Source of the DNA: an uncultured Methylomirabilota bacterium
Lineage (GTDB): Bacteria > Methylomirabilota > Methylomirabilia > Methylomirabilales > 2-02-FULL-66-22
DNA: 64,000 nucleotides
Reading direction: 5' to 3'
NCBI GenBank assembly: GCA_963845565.1
Contig: CAWJSJ010000001.1
Span: forward strand, 448,001 to 512,000
Positions 8,372 through 17,839 of this stretch are shown piece after piece. The number at the start of each line of letters is the position of its first letter. Positions within the stretch are counted from its first letter, which is position 1. The notes under the pieces were generated by a model that was not told where the DNA came from, did not search any database, and worked only from the letters and a program-made list of their open reading frames with translations. The translations under genes and the position numbers were made by a program.

Positions 8372-9301
8372 TCAGGCGAAGTGCGCTCCGCCGCAGAGGG
8401 CGGCAACCAGCGCCACACATGCCCAATCCCGTAGCGCCAGCGGGCGTCCGGTGGGAACGCGGAACTCGCCCGTGAAGCCGCGCGCCGTCATCGCATCGGT
8501 GACCTCGGTCATCAAGTGGAGGCTCTTCTCCCAGGCGGCGGCGATGCGCGATCCCACCCACATCTGATCCGAGGCGAGCGGCCCCCGACAGATCGTCCGG
8601 CTCTTCTTGCCGAGATGGACCTCCTCTGACTGTCGGAGGAGCAGGTGCAGATAGCGGACGGCCATCCCGGCCGTGCACAGGAAGACGGCCGGGATGCGGA
8701 GCGACCGCAGGGAAGCGAGCAGGGCGGTCCAGCGCGTGGACAGCGTCAGGCACAAGACGGCGGTCACCGAGGCCAGTGTGCGGAGGAGGAACGTCGTCGC
8801 CGTGAGGAGGCCCTCGGCGCTGACGCCGATCGACGCCGGGATGGCATACGGGCCCAGCTGCCGGTCCGTGTCGAAGCGCAGGATGGGCAGGAAGACCTGA
8901 CCGCCGCTCGTCAGGTTGAGGGTGGCAGGGAGGGCCATCAGGGTCGAAAAGAGGAGAGCGATCAGGAGGCCGGCCCCCAGGATCTCGCGTGGGCGGATTC
9001 GCGAGGCGAGGACCGCGGCTGCGGCGAGCACGGCGTGTGCGGCCAGCGCGGGGAGAGAGGCCGCGAGGCTCGTGCTGACCAAGAAGAGCAGGGTGGCCAG
9101 CAGACGGGCACGCGGGTCCACTTGCTGCATGATCCCGGGCCGCCGGGCGATCTCCTCGCGGAGGTGGGCCTCGGCGAACACGGAGGCCAGCCGGCGCAGC
9201 GTCCGGTCGAGGTACCGGGTGCGGGGCGGCCGAAGTCCTCTGGCCTGCAGCGTCTCGAAAAACTGGCGCTCGCGCGGCGGAACCGTTCTGGGGTCCCTCA
9301 A
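8372..9301 (-). CDS. nikQ: ECF transporter T component (NikQ/CbiQ)
   Basis: QQVDPRARL, L..L.SLRIP, RYL, KKSR, AMTARGF motifs. Probable TTG start overlaps the upstream TGA. Confidence 0.85.
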   Translation of the reverse strand: MRDPRTVPPRERQFFETLQARGLRPPRTRYLDRTLRRLASVFAEAHLREEIARRPGIMQQVDPRARLLATLLFLVSTSLAASLPALAAHAVLAAAAVLASRIRPREILGAGLLIALLFSTLMALPATLNLTSGGQVFLPILRFDTDRQLGPYAIPASIGVSAEGLLTATTFLLRTLASVTAVLCLTLSTRWTALLASLRSLRIPAVFLCTAGMAVRYLHLLLRQSEEVHLGKKSRTICRGPLASDQMWVGSRIAAAWEKSLHLMTEVTDAMTARGFTGEFRVPTGRPLALRDWACVALVAALCGGAHFA

Positions 9302-9633
9302 CGGGTCCCCTTCGTCAGCCAGCGCGTCAGGACGTAGGCGCCCCCCCCGCACAGGCCGACGCCGACGAAAGCGGAGAGAACGTACGACAAGCTGCGATGA
9401 GCAAGCGGGGCCTCGTCCTGGCCCGGGAGCGCGTAATCCGGGATGGGGGCTTTCCAGAGATCTGACAGCCTCTCCATGCCCGAAGGGGCATACCCGATCA
9501 TCTGCCTCACCTCATCCAGGCCCCATTCGCCCCAGGCGCTGCCGGCGCGCAAAAGTTCCGGCAAATACAGCCCGATTGGGGAGAGCGCGGCCATCACGAG
9601 CAGGGCGACCCAGTACGGGCGGTACTCCTTCAT
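9298..9633 (-). CDS. NikN/PDGLE-like small membrane component
   Basis: LSPIGL...AWGEWG...PSGMERL..LWKAPIPDYALPG. ATGA overlap with nikM. Confidence 0.8.
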   Translation of the reverse strand: MKEYRPYWVALLVMAALSPIGLYLPELLRAGSAWGEWGLDEVRQMIGYAPSGMERLSDLWKAPIPDYALPGQDEAPLAHRSLSYVLSAFVGVGLCGGGAYVLTRWLTKGTR

Positions 9634-10322
9634 GGCGACACCTCGCCGCCGGCGGGTCGGAGGACCCAGGCCGACCGAGAGCCGTGGAGGTGATACACGA
9701 CCAGGGCGGTGAGCAGAGCCTCGACGAGGCCGAAGAGGAAAAGATGCTCCAGGACCATGACGGGGACCGTCACGGACAGGGGGTAGGGCGCGTACAGGGC
9801 CCGGCCATCGCCTGCCGTGTGGAGCCAGGGCTGGAGGCCGAACATCAGGGCGGTGGTGAAGGAGGCCGCCGTGAGGCCCAACCAACCGCCGATTCCCGCG
9901 GAGATCGCCTGCCCTTTGCGGGAGGGGAGGAGCCGGGACAGCACCCGGTATACGGCATAGCCCGTGAAGGGCATGACGAAGGCGATGTTCAGGCAATTGG
10001 CCCCGATCGCGGTGATCCCTCCGTCGCCGAACAGGAGGGCCTGGATGACCAGGGCGATACTTATGGCCAGCGCGGCGCCCCAGGGCCCCACGGCAACCGC
10101 GATCAGAACCCCACCGACGGCGTGGCCGGTGGTCGCGCCTGGAAGCGGGATGTTGAACATCATCACTAAGAACGAGAATGCCGCCGCAAGGGCCAGTAAC
10201 GGGGCGCGCCGCGCCGCCAGCGCCGTGCGGGCCTTGCGAGCGGCCAGGCCCCACAGGGGAATGCAAGCGGCGTACGTGGCGAGATAGGTGGGAGGACCGA
10301 GGTACCCATCCGGGATGTGCAT
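9630..10322 (-). CDS. nikM: ECF S component NikM/CbiM
   Basis: N-terminal MHIPDGYL (NikM-type), MMFNIPLPG.TTGHAVGG, IQALLFGDGGITAIGAN. Confidence 0.9.
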   Translation of the reverse strand: MHIPDGYLGPPTYLATYAACIPLWGLAARKARTALAARRAPLLALAAAFSFLVMMFNIPLPGATTGHAVGGVLIAVAVGPWGAALAISIALVIQALLFGDGGITAIGANCLNIAFVMPFTGYAVYRVLSRLLPSRKGQAISAGIGGWLGLTAASFTTALMFGLQPWLHTAGDGRALYAPYPLSVTVPVMVLEHLFLFGLVEALLTALVVYHLHGSRSAWVLRPAGGEVSP

Positions 10323-10346
10323 TGGGACTCCCTGCGGTGCGTCGGT

Positions 10347-10373
10347 ATGGCACCACGGTGCAGTTCGTGCCAC
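10347..10373. promoter_or_regulatory. Candidate NikR operator (TGGCAC-N13-GTGCCA)
   Basis: Perfect 6-bp inverted repeat with a 13-bp spacer in the nikR-nikM intergenic region. Confidence 0.55.
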
Positions 10374-10392
10374 CGCCGCAACAAAAAAAAGC

Positions 10393-10812
10393 TTACCCGA
10401 GCGCATGCCCTTCCGCGGTGGCGGAGAAGGTGCCGTGCTTGACGCCGCGCGTGCCGATGAGACGATCGGCGATCACTTTCAATTCGTTGGCCTTGCCCCG
10501 TAACACCAGGACCTCCAGGCAGTGGTGCGGATCGAGGTGCACGTGCAGCGTGGAGACAATAGTGCGGTAGTGCGCGTGCTGGAGGTCGGTGAGCTTATCC
10601 GCCAGTTCGCGCACCTCGTGGTTATACACCAACGTCAGCGTTCCCACCGTCTCGGCGGTCCCGAGATCCCACTGTTCCCGCACGAGACTTTCCCGGATCA
10701 GGTCCCGGAGGGCCTCCGACCGGTTGCTGTATCCCTTCCGGTGGATCAGCCGGTCAAACTGTTGCAGGAGCGGTTCTTCAAGCGACACGCCGAATCGGGT
10801 GACACCGGACAT
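10393..10812 (-). CDS. nikR: Nickel-responsive regulator NikR
   Basis: RFGVSL ribbon, NRSEA.RDLIR, LQH, HVHLD.HHCLEV Ni-binding motif. Confidence 0.95.
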   Translation of the reverse strand: MSGVTRFGVSLEEPLLQQFDRLIHRKGYSNRSEALRDLIRESLVREQWDLGTAETVGTLTLVYNHEVRELADKLTDLQHAHYRTIVSTLHVHLDPHHCLEVLVLRGKANELKVIADRLIGTRGVKHGTFSATAEGHALG

Positions 10813-11043
10813 ACGACCTCCACACAGAATATATTGCCAACTTCCCGGCCTGGATGCAAGCCCGATCTGGGCGTTGTCCGTGGATGCCGTCCAGGCGGAT
10901 GGGGTGTTGCCGTGCGGTGCCGCCGCCAGGCTTCACGCCGGGGGGGGCGCGGCCAGGATGCAATACTTGACTGGAGCAATAAGATCGTTGATTATCGGAG
11001 GTAACGTATCGGTATGTGCCACACGGGGAAAGGGGAGCGCTCT

Positions 11044-11973
11044 ATGGCAACCAGCGAGATCACGCCGCGCGTTGACGCCGTGCGGGTTTTCAACCGGTTT
11101 TACACCAAACACATCGGCGTCTTGCACGAGGGGCTGCTGGGGAGCCGGTTCTCTCTCACCGAGGTGCGTGTGCTCTACGAACTCGCCCACCGGGAGCAAC
11201 CGACGGCCGCGGACCTGATTCGAGAGCTGGGGTTGGACGCCGGCTACCTGAGCCGCATTCTGCGGGGTTTCGCGAAGCGCGGCCTGATCACCAAGACGCG
11301 GTCCACCGCCGACCGCCGGCAAGCACTGTTGTCACTGACCGCCCGCGGACGGAAAGCCTTCGCCCCTCTCAACGCCCGCTCGCATGCGGAAGTGGCCGCC
11401 ATGTTGACCGGCCTTTCCGTCGCGCGGCAAGGCCGTTTGATCGAGGCGATGGGCACGATCCAGACGGTGCTCGGTGCCCAACCCGAACCGAAGATCGCGT
11501 ATGTGCTGCGACCCCATCAGCCGGGGGATATGGGGTGGATCATCCATCGTCATGGGGTACTGTATGCGCGGGAGTACGGATGGGATGAGACCTTCGAGGC
11601 CCTGGTGGCGGAGATCGCGGCGAAGTTCATCCGGCATCTCGACCCCAAACGGGAGCGGTGTTGGATCGCGGAGCGGGAGGGGGGTATCGTCGGCTCGGTG
11701 TTCCTGGTCAGGAAATCCGAAACGGTGGCGCAGTTGCGTCTGATGTATGTGGAGCCCGACGCGCGGGGGTTGGGCATCGGCCGGCGCCTGGCCGAGGAAT
11801 GCATCCGCTTCGGGCGACAAGCGGGGTACCGAAAGATGGTGCTCTGGACCAACAGTGTCCTGGTGGCGGCCCGGCACATCTACCAAGCGGCGGGTTTTCG
11901 CCTGGTCCATTCGGAGCCGCATCATAGCTTCGGTCATGATCTGATCGGCGAGACCTGGGAGTTGCCGCTGTAA
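11044..11973 (+). CDS. MarR wHTH - GNAT acetyltransferase fusion
   Basis: VR.FNRFYT..IG.L, LTE.RVLYEL, LDAGYLSR, DRR. C-terminal LR.MYVEP.ARGLGIG acetyl-CoA motif. Confidence 0.92.
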   Translation: MATSEITPRVDAVRVFNRFYTKHIGVLHEGLLGSRFSLTEVRVLYELAHREQPTAADLIRELGLDAGYLSRILRGFAKRGLITKTRSTADRRQALLSLTARGRKAFAPLNARSHAEVAAMLTGLSVARQGRLIEAMGTIQTVLGAQPEPKIAYVLRPHQPGDMGWIIHRHGVLYAREYGWDETFEALVAEIAAKFIRHLDPKRERCWIAEREGGIVGSVFLVRKSETVAQLRLMYVEPDARGLGIGRRLAEECIRFGRQAGYRKMVLWTNSVLVAARHIYQAAGFRLVHSEPHHSFGHDLIGETWELPL

Positions 11974-12070
11974 GCGAATGCAGAGCCGGGAAGCGGTGGG
12001 CGCGGAGGGGGCCGTGTCTTGGCGTCATAATGGGGAAGTGCCCGGCGCGCTGGTTGGGGCGGGCGTGAGA

Positions 12071-12988
12071 ATGCGCCCCGATGTGCGTGGGCTCCTGCCT
12101 GTCGCTGCGGCTGCCGCCGCCGGGATACTGGTCGGCACGGCGATGGTGGCCACGCGGTTTGTCATCGGTCAGACGGCTCCCGCGTCGCTCGCGTTTCTGC
12201 GCTACCTCATCGGGTGCTGCTGCTTGGTCCCGCCGCTCCTGCTCTCTGGCGGTTTACATTTCGAGCGACGCGACCTGGTTCCCATCGGTCTGCTCGGGAT
12301 CACCCAGTTCGGCATCCTGATCGCCCTGCTGAATTTCGCGCTGCAATACATTCCGTCGGGTCGCGCGGCCCTGATATTCGCCACCGTGCCCCTGCTGACG
12401 ATGCTGCTGGCAACACTCCTCGGACAAGAGCGACTCACCGTGGCGAAGACCCTGGGGGTGCTCGTTACCATCGTCGGGGTGGCTTTCGCGCTCGGCGACA
12501 AGGCGGTGGGATCGGGTGGCGCGGCCCACCAGTGGGTTGGAGAACTTGCCGTGCTGGCGAGCGCCCTCTGCGGCGCCGTGTGTAGCGTCCTCTACCGACC
12601 GTACCTTCGCAAGTACCCGCCAGTGGCCGTCAGCGCGCTGGCCATGCTGTCTTCAGTCGGATTCCTGGCACTGCTCGCCGCCACGGAAGGCTTCTTCGAC
12701 GCGTGGCCCGCCTTTACCCCCGGCGGGTGGCTCGCCATCCTGTTCATCGGCGCGAGCAGCGGGATCGGCTACTATCTCTGGCTATGGGCGCTGAATCACA
12801 CGACCGCGACCAAGGTCACCGTGTTCCTGGCGCTCAGCCCCATCACGGCCGCTGTGCTGGGCGCTGTGTTCCTCGCAGAACTACTGTCGCCGATGTCCTG
12901 GCTCGGGATCGTCGGCGTTGGGCTCGGCCTGTGGGTTGCGCACCGGGACGACTCTTTGGCGGTGGTCCCCGGCGGAAAGCGGGCGTGA
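12071..12988 (+). CDS. DMT/EamA family transporter
   Basis: About 10 TM segments in two EamA repeats (P..LAFLRY; ALQY..SG.A.LI). Start uncertain. Confidence 0.88.
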   Translation: MRPDVRGLLPVAAAAAAGILVGTAMVATRFVIGQTAPASLAFLRYLIGCCCLVPPLLLSGGLHFERRDLVPIGLLGITQFGILIALLNFALQYIPSGRAALIFATVPLLTMLLATLLGQERLTVAKTLGVLVTIVGVAFALGDKAVGSGGAAHQWVGELAVLASALCGAVCSVLYRPYLRKYPPVAVSALAMLSSVGFLALLAATEGFFDAWPAFTPGGWLAILFIGASSGIGYYLWLWALNHTTATKVTVFLALSPITAAVLGAVFLAELLSPMSWLGIVGVGLGLWVAHRDDSLAVVPGGKRA

Positions 12989-13259
12989 ATCCGGCGGATG
13001 ACAAATCGCCAGGGACCGCGCGGGGGGATGCGATGCGCCAGTAGCACTGAACCGGGTCAAGGGCAAATCTGATGGTTAGCGGGGCATATTTCGAACATTT
13101 CCCCCCCCGTTTGTAGTCGCACGTCCTCCTTGTAACAACTCTGATCCAATGCGCACTGTTCGTTGGTAATCCGCGCCGTTGATGTGCTACGATCCGCCCC
13201 CAAGGCGATCCCGTAAGGATCTGGGTGTCGGTGTTCGGACGGGACCATGCAGGAGCGAT

Positions 13260-13802
13260 ATGCCGAGTCGGTTGATCATCGTATTGAGCGTCCTGTATCC
13301 CGTGGTGGTGTACGTTGGGGGCCGGTATTTTCCGCCGCAAGCGCTCGCGCTGGTCCTTGCGCTGGTCGTCCTGACGCGCAGGACGGGTGCCTTCGGCGTC
13401 CGGATCGGCCCCTGGTCGGTGGCGTGCGGTCTGATTCTGGCCGTTCTGGCGTTCGGACTCAACGACGCGCTGCCGCTCAAGATGTATCCCGTGGCGGTGA
13501 ACGCATCCCTGCTGGCGATCTTTGCCTCCAGCCTGAGATACCCGCCCCCCATCGCCGAGCGCATCGCCCGCATCCGCGTTCCCGACCTTCCGCCGGAGGC
13601 GGTGGCGTACACGCGCAAGGTGACGCAGGCGTGGTGCGCCTTTTTCGTGGTGAATGCGTTGGTCGCCTTGTGGACCGCCACCCGGTGGCCGGTCCAGGCG
13701 TGGTTCTACTACAACGGGATCATCGCCTATCTCCTGGTCGGGGTCATGTTCGGCGCTGAGTGGCTGGTGCGGCGACGCGTGCTGGCGGGGTACCATTGGT
13801 GA
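13260..13802 (+). CDS. COG4648-like membrane protein typical of aryl-polyene/fatty-acyl clusters
   Basis: RBS AGGAG. LYP..VY.G, LKMYPV.VN...L..FA.SL..PP.I.ERIAR, YTRKVTQAW..FF..N, W..YNG.IAY.L.G..F..EW.VR. Confidence 0.8.
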   Translation: MPSRLIIVLSVLYPVVVYVGGRYFPPQALALVLALVVLTRRTGAFGVRIGPWSVACGLILAVLAFGLNDALPLKMYPVAVNASLLAIFASSLRYPPPIAERIARIRVPDLPPEAVAYTRKVTQAWCAFFVVNALVALWTATRWPVQAWFYYNGIIAYLLVGVMFGAEWLVRRRVLAGYHW

Positions 13803-13856
13803 GGAGGGCGAAGGCATCGCGGCAGTCGCAGATCCAAGGGGAACACGGGGCATGCG

Positions 13857-15302
13857 ATGAGAGTGCTCCTGCTACGACCGGATCCCGGTAACGAGCGCTT
13901 CGGCCTGGGGCCGTTTTTTCGGGTGGAGCCGCTCGGCCTGGAGTACATCGGGGCGGCGCTCCGCGCTTGCGGCCACGAGCCGTGGATCGCGGATCTGCGG
14001 TTTCGTCCGGGCCTGGACACCTGGATCCGGCGCACCCGGCCCCAGTTGGTCGGCATCTCCTGCCTGCATTCACTCGAATACGACCGAGTGCGCGCGACCG
14101 CCCGGGCGGTCCGGCGGGCGGCGCCGGAGGCGTTCGTTCTGGTCGGGGGGCATGCGGCGGCGGCATTCCCGCGGCCGCTCGAATGCGACGAGGTTGATGC
14201 CATCTGCCTTGACGACGGCGAGGAGATCGTGCCGGCCCTGGTCGAGGCGATCGAGCGCGGTGCCCCCCTCGACATGCTGCCGGGGCTCCGACTGCGAATG
14301 GGCGGCGAGTGGCTCGCCACGCCTCCCCGGCCACGGCAGACCGGTCTGGATCTTGTACCCCTCCCGGCGCGCGACCTGGTCGAGCAACACCGGAATGGCT
14401 ATCACTGCCTGCTCTTCAAGCCGATCTGGCTGGTCGAGACGGCACGTGGCTGCCCGTATCGGTGCAGCTTTTGCTCGGTCTGGCAACTCTATGATCGTGC
14501 CTACCGGGAACGGTCCGTGGCGGCGGTGGCGGAGGACTTCGCCTCCGCCGGAGACGCCGTCTTCGTTGCGGACGACCTCTTCTGGCACCATCCGGCACGG
14601 AGCCGCGAACTCGCCGAGGCGCTCCGTAAACGTGGCGTGTCGAAGCGCTGGATCCTGGTGCAGACTCGGACCGACCTCATCTCGCGCCAGACGGAACTCC
14701 TCGAGGTGTGGCGGCCTCTGGCGAAGGATTTTGACATCTTCTTCGGGTTTGAGGCGGCCAGCGACGCCGGCCTCTCCCAGGTGGACAAAGACGCAGGGGT
14801 CGGGGCAAGCCTCGAGGCGGTGCGCATCGCCCGGTCCCTGGGTTACGGGGTCAACGGGAACTTCCTGATCGATCCCGACTGGACGGAGACCCATTTCGCG
14901 GAGCTGTGGGATTTCGTGGCGCGCCACGATCTCCGCCGGGCGGGATTCACCATCCTGACGCCGCTGCCGGGCACCGAATTTTTCGATCGGCTGGCCCCGC
15001 GGCTGGCGGGGCAGCCGTGGCATGCTTACGATATGCACCATCTGCTCTGGGAGCCGCGACTCGGCGCGCGGCGTTTCTTCGAGCTGTATGCCGAAACCTG
15101 GCGGCGATCCATCCTCAACGCGTCCGGAGACAAGACGTGGCTGGACTGGGTGCGGCAGGTGCGACCAACGATGGTACCGTATCTGCTGCGCGTGCTCTGG
15201 CGCACCCAGCGGATGATGAAACCCGAGGCCTACCTCGGCGAGTACCAGGCAACGAACCGGACGTGTCCCGGGTCTTCGAGCAGCGCCGGGGTCGCATCGT
15301 AG
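13857..15302 (+). CDS. B12-binding radical SAM protein (HpnR/BchE-like)
   Basis: EPLGLEYI, VGGHAA, GE (cobalamin-binding domain), ETARGCPYRCSFCSVW, TILTPLPGT. Confidence 0.9.
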   Translation: MRVLLLRPDPGNERFGLGPFFRVEPLGLEYIGAALRACGHEPWIADLRFRPGLDTWIRRTRPQLVGISCLHSLEYDRVRATARAVRRAAPEAFVLVGGHAAAAFPRPLECDEVDAICLDDGEEIVPALVEAIERGAPLDMLPGLRLRMGGEWLATPPRPRQTGLDLVPLPARDLVEQHRNGYHCLLFKPIWLVETARGCPYRCSFCSVWQLYDRAYRERSVAAVAEDFASAGDAVFVADDLFWHHPARSRELAEALRKRGVSKRWILVQTRTDLISRQTELLEVWRPLAKDFDIFFGFEAASDAGLSQVDKDAGVGASLEAVRIARSLGYGVNGNFLIDPDWTETHFAELWDFVARHDLRRAGFTILTPLPGTEFFDRLAPRLAGQPWHAYDMHHLLWEPRLGARRFFELYAETWRRSILNASGDKTWLDWVRQVRPTMVPYLLRVLWRTQRMMKPEAYLGEYQATNRTCPGSSSSAGVAS

Positions 15303-15363
15303 CGAAATGGTGCGGTGTCGGGCCGCGACCTCAGCGGCGGGAGGTAGGCGCAGGACCGTGGCA

Positions 15364-16257
15364 ATGGAGACCGTGGTGGACACCCCGGACCGGCCGAAGC
15401 CCTTCCGACATGTGCTGGCCGCCCCCTGGTTCTATCGTCTGGGGTTCGCGGCGGCGCGCGCGGTGCCCGTTCCCGTTCTGTACGGGATTGCCGATGGCCT
15501 GGGCGTGGCCACGTATCTGACCAACGGCAGGTTGGTCGCCGCAGTGCGCGCGAACCTGACGCGCGCATTCCCCCAGGCATCCGAGCGTGAACGATCACGC
15601 CTGATACGGCGGATCCTCCGGAACTACGTGCGATACCTGGTCGATTACGGCCGTTTTCGGTGGACGCGGCGAGAGGGGTTCGAGGCGCTGATCCCTGCAC
15701 TCGAGGGCGGAGATCACCTACAGGGAGCGTTTGCCGCCGGGCGGGGCGTGATCCTGGTTACGGGGCATGTGGGCAACTGGGAATTGGGGGGGACGTTCTT
15801 CGGCCAATCCGGCGTCAAGATCCATGTGGTCACCCTGCCGGACGGGCACCGACAGATCGACGCCATTCGGGAGCGATATCGGGGGCGCCACGCGATCAGC
15901 ACGATCGTCCTCGACGGGTCGCCGTTTGCCTCGTTGGAGATGATGGCAGCGCTGAAGCGCAACGAGATGGTGGCTATGCTGGTCGACCGGTGGGGGGAAG
16001 CGGATGGGATCGAGTCGCCCTTCTTGGGCGGGACGCATCACCTTCCCCGCGGCCCCTTTGTGCTGAGCCGGGCGACCGGGGCGCCGATCCTGCCTGCCTT
16101 TGTCGTGCGCGACGGGGCCTCCTACCTGGGGATTGTGGAGCCTCCCTTTGTCGTCGAGGGGGACGACTTGGGGCCCTATGCGGCTCGCGTCAGCGGTGCG
16201 CTGGAGCGCGTCATCCGGCGCTACCCGGATCAGTGGTATAATTTCATTCCTGTGTGA
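15364..16257 (+). CDS. Lysophospholipid acyltransferase (lipid A lauroyl transferase/PatA-like family)
   Basis: GHVGNWE (HX4E), MLVDR, F.G, GP..L...TGAPILP, IRRYPDQW. Confidence 0.88.
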   Translation: METVVDTPDRPKPFRHVLAAPWFYRLGFAAARAVPVPVLYGIADGLGVATYLTNGRLVAAVRANLTRAFPQASERERSRLIRRILRNYVRYLVDYGRFRWTRREGFEALIPALEGGDHLQGAFAAGRGVILVTGHVGNWELGGTFFGQSGVKIHVVTLPDGHRQIDAIRERYRGRHAISTIVLDGSPFASLEMMAALKRNEMVAMLVDRWGEADGIESPFLGGTHHLPRGPFVLSRATGAPILPAFVVRDGASYLGIVEPPFVVEGDDLGPYAARVSGALERVIRRYPDQWYNFIPV

Positions 16258-16287
16258 GGCGGCGAGCGCAACCGGAAGGACGGCGAC

Positions 16288-17817
16288 ATGCACCTGACGA
16301 CGCTGGCGGGACGGCGGATTCCCGGTATCACGCGATCGCTTCCGCGGACGGTTCGGTCGCTCTGCCCGGAGTGCCTCCAGACGATCCCGGCAGAGGAATT
16401 GGCCGAGGATGGGCGCGTAGTCATGCGGAAGGCGTGCCCGACGCACGGGCCGTTCAAGGACGTCGTGTTCTCCGACGCCGAGATGTTCCTCCGCATGGAG
16501 GCGTGGCATTTCGGAGACGGCCAGGGGTTCGCGAACCCCCAAGGAGATGCGGACGGGGAGTGTCCGCAGCGGTGCGGCATCTGCGGCTGGCACACCAGCC
16601 ACACCTCGCTGGCCAACGTGGACCTGACCTCCCGGTGCAATCTGTCCTGCCAAGTGTGCTTTGCCGACGCCAACGGGCAGGCCTATGAACTGTCGTTCGA
16701 GCAGGCCATGGACACCCTGCGCCGGCTCCGGGGACAGTGCCCGGCGCCGGCGTTCGCGGTGCAGTTTACCGGCGGGGAACCGACGCTGCATCCGCGGTTT
16801 CTCGACATCGTGGCCGGGGCGAAGGCCCTGGGGTTTTCCCACCTCCAGGTGGCCAGCAACGGGCTGAAGCTGGCGGATCCGGATTTCGCGTGCCGGGCCC
16901 GGGACGCGGGCCTGCAGTACGTGTACCTCCAAATGGACGGGACGACCGACGAGGTGTTCCTCGCGCTCCGCGGCGCGGCACTCCTCGATCGAAAGCTCGC
17001 CGTGCTGGCGTCGGCACGGAAAGCCGGCCTTCGGATCATCTTCGTTCCCACCATTGCCAAGGAGGTGAACGACCACCAGATCGGCGACCTGTTCCGACTG
17101 GCGTTCGAGCACCTGGACGTGCTCTCCGGCATCGCCTTCCAGCCGATGACCTTCACCGGCCGCGTGCCGGAAGGGGACCGGCTGCGTCTGCGCTTCACGC
17201 TCTCGGACCTGGCGCGCGAATTTGGCGAACAAACGGGAATCACGCGGCTGGACGCGGACTGGTTCCCGCTGAGCGCCGCCGTGCCCCTCATCCGGTACGC
17301 CGGGGCCCTGACCGGCACCGCGCTGGTCAACCACACGTGCCACCCGCATTGCGGTCTGATGACCCTGCTGTTCGTCGATCAGGACCGGCGGGCGGTCCCG
17401 ATCACGCGGTTCCTGGACCTCTATTCCCTCCTCACGGATCTCGACGCGTTGGCGGCAAAGACGCACCCGACGAGCATCAAGGTCCTGTCGAAGGCCCGGG
17501 CGCTCCAGGCGCTCAACCGGCACTTCCATTCCGACCGCGCCCCGGAGGGGCTGACGTTCTTGCGATTCCTCCAGACACTGGACGGATTCGGCGACAAGCG
17601 GTACTCCTGGAGCGACGCCCACCGGGGGTACACGTACAAGACCTTCTACGTGCTCGGGATGCATTTCATGGACGCCTACAATTACGATCTCGAGCGCGTT
17701 TCGCGGTGCGGGGTCCATTATTCCGCTCCCGATGGGAAGATCTATCCGTTCTGCTCGTACAATTCGGGGCCGACCTTTCGAAAGCGAGTGGAAGAGGGAG
17801 TGGGATGGGCGCGCTGA
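16288..17817 (+). CDS. Radical SAM protein, tetraether synthase (Tes/GDGT-MAS)-like
   Basis: SLCPEC...K.CP.HG, CP..CGIC..H..HT.LANVDLT.RCNL.C.VCFA, VQF.GGEPT, YLQ.DG, FQP, CHPHCG, GMHFMD.YNYD.ERV.RC.VHY, DG.I.PFC.YN. Confidence 0.8.
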   Translation: MHLTTLAGRRIPGITRSLPRTVRSLCPECLQTIPAEELAEDGRVVMRKACPTHGPFKDVVFSDAEMFLRMEAWHFGDGQGFANPQGDADGECPQRCGICGWHTSHTSLANVDLTSRCNLSCQVCFADANGQAYELSFEQAMDTLRRLRGQCPAPAFAVQFTGGEPTLHPRFLDIVAGAKALGFSHLQVASNGLKLADPDFACRARDAGLQYVYLQMDGTTDEVFLALRGAALLDRKLAVLASARKAGLRIIFVPTIAKEVNDHQIGDLFRLAFEHLDVLSGIAFQPMTFTGRVPEGDRLRLRFTLSDLAREFGEQTGITRLDADWFPLSAAVPLIRYAGALTGTALVNHTCHPHCGLMTLLFVDQDRRAVPITRFLDLYSLLTDLDALAAKTHPTSIKVLSKARALQALNRHFHSDRAPEGLTFLRFLQTLDGFGDKRYSWSDAHRGYTYKTFYVLGMHFMDAYNYDLERVSRCGVHYSAPDGKIYPFCSYNSGPTFRKRVEEGVGWAR

Positions 17818-17839
17818 CGCGGGGCTTGCTGTGACCGGG

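Noticed and set aside
10348..10372. TGGCAC as a sigma54 -24 element
   Set aside because: The GG-N10-GC spacing is not met on either strand. The symmetric arrangement fits an operator better.
13101..13108. C8 tract upstream of the lipid cluster as a phase-variation site (also G runs near 10940 and 46500)
   Set aside because: The tracts are short, unsurprising in GC-rich DNA, and not clearly within a promoter spacer or CDS.
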